In this document: positions 57,707 through 64,000 of the stretch, piece by piece
How positions within the stretch are numbered: position 1 is the first letter of the stretch
Layout of the letters: each line of letters opens with the position of its first letter
Virus record (IMG/VR): IMGVR_UViG_3300044796_000394
DNA length: 64,000 nucleotides
Reading direction: 5' to 3' (one strand)
From: a virus
Lineage: Duplodnaviria > Heunggongvirae > Uroviricota > Caudoviricetes
Program-made: the position numbers and the translations under genes
The notes under the pieces: generated by a model
What the model saw: the letters and a program-made list of their open reading frames with translations, nothing else
The model's database searches: none
What the model was told of the DNA's origin: nothing

Positions 57707-57709
57707 ATG

Positions 57710-57739
57710 AAAAAAGCCGCCCATATGGGCGGCTTTTTT
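57710..57739. terminator. Bidirectional intrinsic terminator
   Basis: AAAAAAGCCGCCCAT-ATGGGCGGCTTTTTT between convergent genes. Confidence 0.9.
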
Positions 57740-57776
57740 ATTGTTTAGTAGCCACTCACTTTCAGATAACCGCTAA

Positions 57777-58706
57777 CTATGAGGCACTCATTATAATCCC
57801 ATTTGAGATGCTGAAATAGGTGTAATTGCCACTACCATTAAACCCGCCTAATGAACTACTGGTTAGATAACCCGCATCGTTGGTAAATGTGCTTACATTA
57901 CTTGGAATACTAGAACTTGTAATATAATTAGCATCATTTGAAAAATAACTTACATTGCTAGGAATACTTGAACTTGTAATATAGTTAGCATCATTTGAAA
58001 AAGAACTTACGTTGCTAGGATAACCAGTAATGTAGCCAACATCATTTGAAAAATAACCTACATTGGTAGGCAGACCACTCAAATCACTATAGTTATTAGA
58101 AGTAGCTACCATTGCCAAACCGCTAGATGTTATAAATCCCGTATCATTATTTAAGTGTGATGTAGCCAAAGCAGCACCACTAACTTTGTAAGAACTCATA
58201 TCACAGGTTAATCCGGTGAGAGTACTAAAAGCCTGAGTTCCACTGAATGTATTGTCAACGTTAGTATAAGCCAAATGGTTTGACACTAGGTAGTTTGGAA
58301 TATCGCCAGTAGAACCGGCAAGATGAGAAGCAGCTAAATTCGTAATACCCGATCCATTTCCAGTCAAAGAAGTAGCGGCAAGTGTGCCAGTTACAGTTTG
58401 TCCAACTGAAAAGTTATTGTTGGTATTCTTCAAAGCAACATTACTAGAAAGACGAGCATCAGCAACAGTGCCAGAAGAAATGTTTGAACCCGAAAGAGCC
58501 GTAATACCACTACCAGCACCAGTTAACGTGGTAGCAGCAAGCGTACCAGTTACGGTAAGTGGGCCACTCATTGTTTGTAATGCTGTTTCTGCGACATTAA
58601 CGCAAGAAACCAAAAAATCTCTAATGTCTTGAGGTGTGATTTCCCCATTTGTATTATCTACTAGAATTGCCTTCAATGCAGCAATATTGCGTACTGTATC
58701 TGTCAT
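57777..58706 (-). CDS. Tail-fibre-like virion protein with NVSxFSNDANYIT repeats
   Basis: DNTNGEITPQDIRD N-terminus, GxGSGITxL, DARLSSNVAL, five or more PSNVSxF(S/T)ND..YIT repeats. Confidence 0.7.
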   Translation of the reverse strand: MTDTVRNIAALKAILVDNTNGEITPQDIRDFLVSCVNVAETALQTMSGPLTVTGTLAATTLTGAGSGITALSGSNISSGTVADARLSSNVALKNTNNNFSVGQTVTGTLAATSLTGNGSGITNLAASHLAGSTGDIPNYLVSNHLAYTNVDNTFSGTQAFSTLTGLTCDMSSYKVSGAALATSHLNNDTGFITSSGLAMVATSNNYSDLSGLPTNVGYFSNDVGYITGYPSNVSSFSNDANYITSSSIPSNVSYFSNDANYITSSSIPSNVSTFTNDAGYLTSSSLGGFNGSGNYTYFSISNGIIMSAS

Positions 58707-58752
58707 AAACCTCTCCTTTGAATAAAAAACACTTTACTCCTATTTATATATT

Positions 58753-59253
58753 ATGGTGGACACCAATAAGAATATTAATGATAATGCAGGCAACAAACAA
58801 TCGGAAAATCCGATGTTGTTGAAACGATTTGCAAAAAAAGTCAAGAATGACAATACGTTTCCGGGCTTTATTAATCCAAATCATATTCCTGATCCACATT
58901 TGAGTAGCTCGTCAAGCGATGCTTTGAGTAACAATATTGGCTTTATCAAGAATATTGTTCGGCATTTCAATCCAGACAGAGCAGTGTTGGTTGTTCGTCA
59001 TAACAAACAAGATTTGAATATTGTTGCCGATTTCAAAACAGAGATTTTGGTAGGTAAGCAAAAGGGTGATTTTGACGACTTAACAATTAACCAAACCATT
59101 GATTTTCAAATTGATAGCCATAATACAGCTTTTTTAATCCAAATCAATGCCGGTGTTTTTGAAGGCAAGGTTCAAAAGATCATTAAGGATGGCGGCGATA
59201 CCGTTATTCTCGTAGAAGACGATTCTAAAAAAAAAACTCTAAGCATTTCATAA
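58753..59253 (+). CDS. N-terminal part of putative frameshifted surface/virion protein (small beta-barrel domains)
   Basis: Stops 5 codons after A10 run; the -1 frame continues into 59376-61556. Confidence 0.65.
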   Translation: MVDTNKNINDNAGNKQSENPMLLKRFAKKVKNDNTFPGFINPNHIPDPHLSSSSSDALSNNIGFIKNIVRHFNPDRAVLVVRHNKQDLNIVADFKTEILVGKQKGDFDDLTINQTIDFQIDSHNTAFLIQINAGVFEGKVQKIIKDGGDTVILVEDDSKKKTLSIS

Positions 59254-61556
59254 TAACGGCTGAAACCTTACGTCGTAAATTCGTTAAAGACGGAATTGTA
59301 TTCTCACGCCGTCGCCTTCATGTAGGCATTGACGTAACAGTTTATTATACAGTTAACGACCATCATAGAGCGAGAATGGTCGTCATTGCTCCGAAGTTAG
59401 GCCAAAACTCATCTTCTCTTTCACTTTCATCAACCACTAAAATGATGAAAAAGAAGAAGAATTCGAAGATGATGAAGACCCGCCCTAATCACATGATGAT
59501 GAAGGCGAAAATGATGATGATGATGGGTCACAAGATGACCATGAAGAAAATGATGTCTGGCATGAAGCCAAAGATGATGTCTATGATGTCTATGATGTCT
59601 AAGATGATGATGAAGAAAAAAATGAAAATGAAGAAAAAGGGGATGATGACCCCCATGATGATGATGAAGATGATGAAAAATAAAATGACCGGTATGAGTG
59701 TTAAGATGATGAAAGGAAAAATGACGGGCACTATGACCGGTATGGGTGGAATGAATGGTGAGCCGGGGGGGCCGGGAACTATGAATGGCGGGCCGGGTAT
59801 GATGATGGGTATGAAGCCTAAAATGTCAATGATGATGAAGATGAAGAACAAGATGAAAATGATGATGATGAAGATGAAGATGAAAATGAAAATGATGAAA
59901 ATGATGAAATCCGGAATGATGATGTTTGCGTCTTCATTCGTTCCTTTTTCCTCTTCATTGTCAAGTTTCGCTAGTTCTGTGCGATCAAGTTTCGTCAGTA
60001 ACTCGGCACAGTCGTCTTACGTACCTTTCTCATCATCGTTTGGAAGTCCTACGTCATTTTCATTTTCGCAGAATTCCCAATCGTTTAGCCCGTTCAGTTT
60101 TTCGCTTGGTAGTAATAGCTTTAATCCGTCCACTTTGCCTTCACCATCACCACCTGCGAGCCTACGACATCCTTCGATATCATTGGAACCTAGTAGTATA
60201 CCAGAACCATCCTTTACAGGGCCACAGCCGACGCCATATCCGTCGCCAAGTAGTCAACCACACCCTTCACCAAGTAGCTCGAAGCCAGCAAGCAAGAGTC
60301 ATGAATACTCTTCGTACTTTTCTTCACACTCTTCATCATCACCACAACCGTGCTGTGAATGCCATTACGAAGTACAGAATTTAGGACTATGTGGTATGGG
60401 TATTTTCGGCTTCCAATTTTGCCCTGAAGAAAATCACCCAGAACTAGGATGTGCAGGCGGATTTGGTACTCGTTTACTCCAAAAGGGTTTCGGCGCTACA
60501 GTATGTGGCGGGCCATTCATTGTATGTTGGTTCGGAACAGCACGATTGGAAGTATGTGAGCCGTGTCCAGAACCTTCGGGAGGTGGACCGGGACCGGGTG
60601 GTCCAGGACCGGGTCCAGGGCCGGGACCGGGTGGACCAGGGCCGGGACCACAACCGGGACCGGGTGGAATGGGTGGTGGCATGATGGGCATGGGGCCAGC
60701 AGTAGCAACTCGTCTAGTTGTCACAACCGACAAAGATAGCTATAAGGCGGGCGAAACCATTTATGTTAACGTCAAAACATATCGTGGCAAGAAGTTTTTC
60801 AATAGATATAATGGTGTTCTTGCCATTCACGCTAATGATGATACTGGTGTTTATCCATTAACTGTTATGATAACTAATGGTATTGGAAACTTTACCGCCA
60901 CATTCTGCAAGCCGGGACTGAGTCATAGAATCAAGGTTGGCGACGGCGTACTCATTGGTAAAACTGACAAATTTAGAATCATACCGGGTGATGTTGTTGG
61001 ATTTGATGTACAATACTTACGTCCACCAGATGAACCGGCTACTATTGAAGCCTGTAAAATATTAACTATTACGGTATGTGCCAAAGATGGATGTGGTAAT
61101 ATTGTAAAGAATTTTGTTGGATTAGTTAATTTTTCTTCTACGGATTTGAATGCTACTTTACCTATTCCTATTAATTTCAAGAAGGGATTCCAAGGTTGCA
61201 GCCAAAGAACTATGACATTTACAACGGTAGGCAGTCAAATATTAACTGCTACATCTGCTGATAATCCAACACTCACCGGAACAATGCCAATGTTGGTTGT
61301 ACATAATGTAATTAGAAAATTCATTGTGAAACGAGTTGGTGGTCAAGTTTGCATTTCAGCATCAGATAGATGTGGCAATACAATTACCGAATATGTCGGC
61401 ACCGCTGTTATTACAACAACGGTATCAGGCATTCCTTCAAGTTACACGTTTATGGTAAGTGATTTTGGTACAAAGTGTTTTACTACACCAAGTAATGGTA
61501 ATGTTCTAGCGATTGATAATATTAATTGTGAAATTAGGGGAAGTGGTATCGTATAA
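59229..61556 (+). CDS. Met/Lys-rich, Ser/Pro-rich, Gly-Pro-repeat protein with C-terminal Ig-like domains
   Basis: Frame open from 59229 (first ATG 59376); C-terminal repeats TVCAKDGCGNIVKNFVGLVNFSSTD / ISASDRCGNTITEYVGT. Confidence 0.75.
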   Translation, partial: KKNSKHFIITAETLRRKFVKDGIVFSRRRLHVGIDVTVYYTVNDHHRARMVVIAPKLGQNSSSLSLSSTTKMMKKKKNSKMMKTRPNHMMMKAKMMMMMGHKMTMKKMMSGMKPKMMSMMSMMSKMMMKKKMKMKKKGMMTPMMMMKMMKNKMTGMSVKMMKGKMTGTMTGMGGMNGEPGGPGTMNGGPGMMMGMKPKMSMMMKMKNKMKMMMMKMKMKMKMMKMMKSGMMMFASSFVPFSSSLSSFASSVRSSFVSNSAQSSYVPFSSSFGSPTSFSFSQNSQSFSPFSFSLGSNSFNPSTLPSPSPPASLRHPSISLEPSSIPEPSFTGPQPTPYPSPSSQPHPSPSSSKPASKSHEYSSYFSSHSSSSPQPCCECHYEVQNLGLCGMGIFGFQFCPEENHPELGCAGGFGTRLLQKGFGATVCGGPFIVCWFGTARLEVCEPCPEPSGGGPGPGGPGPGPGPGPGGPGPGPQPGPGGMGGGMMGMGPAVATRLVVTTDKDSYKAGETIYVNVKTYRGKKFFNRYNGVLAIHANDDTGVYPLTVMITNGIGNFTATFCKPGLSHRIKVGDGVLIGKTDKFRIIPGDVVGFDVQYLRPPDEPATIEACKILTITVCAKDGCGNIVKNFVGLVNFSSTDLNATLPIPINFKKGFQGCSQRTMTFTTVGSQILTATSADNPTLTGTMPMLVVHNVIRKFIVKRVGGQVCISASDRCGNTITEYVGTAVITTTVSGIPSSYTFMVSDFGTKCFTTPSNGNVLAIDNINCEIRGSGIV

Positions 61557-61557
61557 C

Positions 61558-61588
61558 AAAAAAAGCCCGGCCAAGCCGGGCTTTTTTT
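61558..61588. terminator. Bidirectional intrinsic terminator
   Basis: AAAAAAAGCCCGGC-caa-GCCGGGCTTTTTTT. Confidence 0.9.
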
Positions 61589-61589
61589 G

Positions 61590-61949
61590 TTACATCGGGA
61601 TTTGACTAATTAATTCATCCTTTTCAAATATTTCAATTTGAAGTTTAGCAATTTCCATTTTGAGTCTTCGGACGGTGCTTTCCAATTCGAAAATTTTAGC
61701 TTCATTGTGTCTTTGATCGATATCAATGCCAGCTAATTTTTTCATCCAATTAATTTCTTTCAAGGCTTTTTCGTAATAAGCAGGCGAAAAGCCGGAAGTA
61801 TTTAACGTTCCTTCTTTTTCTCTCTTCTTCCAGCCCGTCTTAACACAATTGGGATAAATTTTAGAATATTCTTGTTCGGCTTGTTTGACTTGCTCCGAAA
61901 ATTCTAAACTAACTTGCATTCCACTCATCTTAACTGATTCTTTTGACAT
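61590..61949 (-). CDS. Hypothetical coiled-coil protein
   Basis: 119 aa, AAAGGA SD. Confidence 0.55.
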   Translation of the reverse strand: MSKESVKMSGMQVSLEFSEQVKQAEQEYSKIYPNCVKTGWKKREKEGTLNTSGFSPAYYEKALKEINWMKKLAGIDIDQRHNEAKIFELESTVRRLKMEIAKLQIEIFEKDELISQIPM

Positions 61950-62029
61950 GCTTTCCTTTCGTTAAAAAACATACGTATCGGGGTGTATGGTCACAGAGTT
62001 AAGTTAGTTCTTCATAAAATAAAAATTGA

Positions 62030-62058
62030 TTGATTGTTAATGACGTAAGTGGTATATT
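62030..62058 (+). promoter_or_regulatory. Possible sigma70 promoter
   Basis: TTGATT-17 nt-TATATT with TGn. Confidence 0.5.
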
Positions 62059-62270
62059 GGATTTCATCAAGGAGTCATGCGGTGAAAGATGTTTTGCATT
62101 GGTGGTTAGTCGGTTCGATTCTGGTGCAATTTCTATTTAATTGTTTTTGTTCACCAGTGCCAATGTTGCAAAATAAAATAGGTGATTACACCCAATACGT
62201 TCATTGTTTTTCTTGTTGTTTTTGTATGTCTCTTATTTGGTGTTAATATTTTCAAGTGATCGTGGTTGTA

Positions 62271-62768
62271 ATGAAAAGAAAAGATATTTCTGGACAAGAA
62301 TTTGGTCGACTTAAAGTTGTTGAATTTTCTCATATTGAAAACGAAATGGCTCATTGGGAATGTGTATGTTCCTGTGGTTCAATAAAAAAAATAAATGGTA
62401 GAAGTTTGAGAACAGGAAAAACTCAAAGTTGTGGCTGTTTACACAAAGAAAAAGCAAAAAGTGGTACAAGACCAATTAAACATAACGAAGCTAAAAAGGG
62501 GCAAAAAACTCCCGAATACAAAATATGGATTGGAATGAGAACAAGATGTAATAATAAAAAAAGAAAAGATTATGAGGATTATGGTGGTAGAGGCATTACA
62601 ATTTGTGAAAGATGGGAAAATTTTCAAAATTTTCTTTTAGATATGGGCCGTCGACCAAGTAATACGACGCTGGATCGTATAAACAATGATGAAGGCTATA
62701 ACCCTTCAAATTGTCGATGGGCAACTAATAAAGAACAAGCAAACAATAGACGCCAAAAAAGAAGGTAA
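62271..62768 (+). CDS. HNH homing-type endonuclease
   Basis: DISGQEFGRL, WECVCSCG, SCGC, YGGRGITICERW, TLDRINNDEGY.P.NCRWAT..EQANN. Confidence 0.88.
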   Translation: MKRKDISGQEFGRLKVVEFSHIENEMAHWECVCSCGSIKKINGRSLRTGKTQSCGCLHKEKAKSGTRPIKHNEAKKGQKTPEYKIWIGMRTRCNNKKRKDYEDYGGRGITICERWENFQNFLLDMGRRPSNTTLDRINNDEGYNPSNCRWATNKEQANNRRQKRR

Positions 62769-62769
62769 T

Positions 62770-63204
62770 ATGTTTCCTTTCAACCAAGAACCGAAAACCA
62801 AAGATTGCGGTTACCGATGCCTGTATTATGCATTGGAAAGCGATCTGCCTTATGAAGAGTGGATTGACCAATTTAAGGTATTCGATCCTGCACATCACGG
62901 CATATTCTTCTCAGATATTGCTCAAGTCTTAAAGTTTAATGAGCGGGACTTCAAGTTCACTCAACTCACTGAAAAAGGATTGTATATCATCTTCAGTGGT
63001 TGCTGGCTCAAACATGGTCACTACTTTGTCTATCAAGATGGCGTTGTTTTTTGTAGCACGAAAAGTGGGCCTTATCGAATGCCTTTGAAAGATGTTATTG
63101 AACAATTGGAAACCAAATCATCTGATCATGGTTTCAAAGTAATGAAAGTTTTTCCAAAGGGTGAAAAACACGAACTCAAACTTAAGCCGTGGGAGCAATC
63201 ATAA
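62770..63204 (+). CDS. C39-like papain-fold peptidase (tentative)
   Basis: NQEPKTKDCGYRCL...GHYFVY. Confidence 0.5.
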   Translation: MFPFNQEPKTKDCGYRCLYYALESDLPYEEWIDQFKVFDPAHHGIFFSDIAQVLKFNERDFKFTQLTEKGLYIIFSGCWLKHGHYFVYQDGVVFCSTKSGPYRMPLKDVIEQLETKSSDHGFKVMKVFPKGEKHELKLKPWEQS

Positions 63205-63872
63205 TGTTTGGTAGACAAATTCCAATTCGCCCATATATTCCACCCGCACCCGTTGTACCCAAAGACGTTGTTCCTAATAGAATGTCTTGCTTCGTATCGG
63301 CCTATTTCAATAAGAAGTTTGTAACATGCAGCAGAACCGCATGTTGGGCCATGCTCAATTACCCTTTCTATTGGGAAATGGCCCCAAACGGTAAGCCGGT
63401 CGCTTATAATGCTAATTCTTTTAAGATAGATTATACTTTCGCTGGCAGGTACATCTACATCAGCGATTATAATCATCCAAAAACTATTGAACACCAATAC
63501 TTATTGTTCAATATCATCAATGAAATTACGCCTTGTCGAATCACTGATATTAAAGGAACACCGTATATCAAATTTAAGTGTTTGGGTACCTATGATCAAA
63601 GCTTAATTGTATTGAACTTCATCAGAAATTTGTGGCATAGCCCGTTTCCTCAATACTCAGAAAAGTTTTTTGAGCATTTGAGAAATGCTACCCAATCTGA
63701 TCCGATGGAAAGATTGACATGGGCCAATATGAATGCTGTTAAAGAAACTTCAAAATCCGCATATAACAGTCCCGGTCACTCCAATATTTTCACTGGTCTG
63801 AGAGTCAAGACCACTGCTCAACTCTTGGCATGGAAAGGCAATGTCATTAGTGTCTTTTTGACTGGAAGATGA
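63204..63872 (+). CDS. Hypothetical protein
   Basis: TAATG-coupled start MFGRQIP. Confidence 0.55.
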   Translation: MFGRQIPIRPYIPPAPVVPKDVVPNRMSCFVSAYFNKKFVTCSRTACWAMLNYPFYWEMAPNGKPVAYNANSFKIDYTFAGRYIYISDYNHPKTIEHQYLLFNIINEITPCRITDIKGTPYIKFKCLGTYDQSLIVLNFIRNLWHSPFPQYSEKFFEHLRNATQSDPMERLTWANMNAVKETSKSAYNSPGHSNIFTGLRVKTTAQLLAWKGNVISVFLTGR

Positions 63873-64000
63873 TATGATATGATATGATATGATATGATAT
63901 GATATGATATGATATGATATGATATGATATGATATGATATGATATGATATGATATGATATGATATGATATGATATGATATGATATGATATGATATGATAT
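63871..64000. repeat. Perfect (GATAT)n pentanucleotide tandem array, at least 26 copies, running off the window
   Basis: Directly visible. Confidence 0.97.

Noticed and set aside
59440-59925. Acidic D/E-rich protein in the alternative frame
   Set aside because: Interrupted by several TAA stops; the Met/Lys frame is continuous with the downstream Ig-like domains
62070-62135. tRNA-like T-loop (GTCGG TTCGATT CTGGT)
   Set aside because: T-stem is mostly G-U, there is no convincing acceptor or anticodon stem, and the region can be read as a small hydrophobic ORF
1-64000. Stop-codon reassignment suggested by the synthetases and a 'TAG' tRNA
   Set aside because: TAG is the anticodon (reads CUA, Leu), not an amber suppressor; conserved enzymes are uninterrupted in code 11 and genes end in TAA, TGA and TAG
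1-64000. CRISPR array, rRNA, integrase, transposase or intein
   Set aside because: No repeat-spacer array or diagnostic motifs seen by eye

Overview
64-kb segment of a large tailed (jumbo-type, contractile-tailed) bacteriophage genome using the standard genetic code. Positions 1-17.7 kb hold virion genes: a baseplate operon (gp25-, gp5-, hub-, gp53-, tube-like), repeat-rich virion proteins, a gp2-like DNA end protector, tape measure and a degenerate CCA-type nucleotidyltransferase. Positions 17.8-29.9 kb are a minus-strand block with AspRS, a very small LeuRS, an adenine methylase, ClpP and PyrB. A 450-bp repeat-rich non-coding region at about 30 kb marks a switch in gene orientation. Positions 30.4-64 kb are mostly plus-strand small genes plus lysine 6-transaminase, PurC, an HslV-like peptidase and one tRNA, interspersed with counter-oriented glycosyl-, sulfo- and methyltransferases, an M4 protease and MetRS. 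Main findings: (1) a 425-aa LeuRS lacking the editing and C-terminal domains, together with a tRNA-Leu(UAG) lacking the long variable arm, a candidate co-reduced synthetase/tRNA pair; (2) a CCA-enzyme homolog with altered catalytic and template motifs inside the virion operon; (3) a gene split at an A10 run whose -1 frame encodes an about 43% Met, Lys-rich tract and Ig-like domains; (4) a candidate origin or structured RNA at 30 kb. A Planctomycetota host is an inference only. All calls come from reading motifs by eye; no searches were run.
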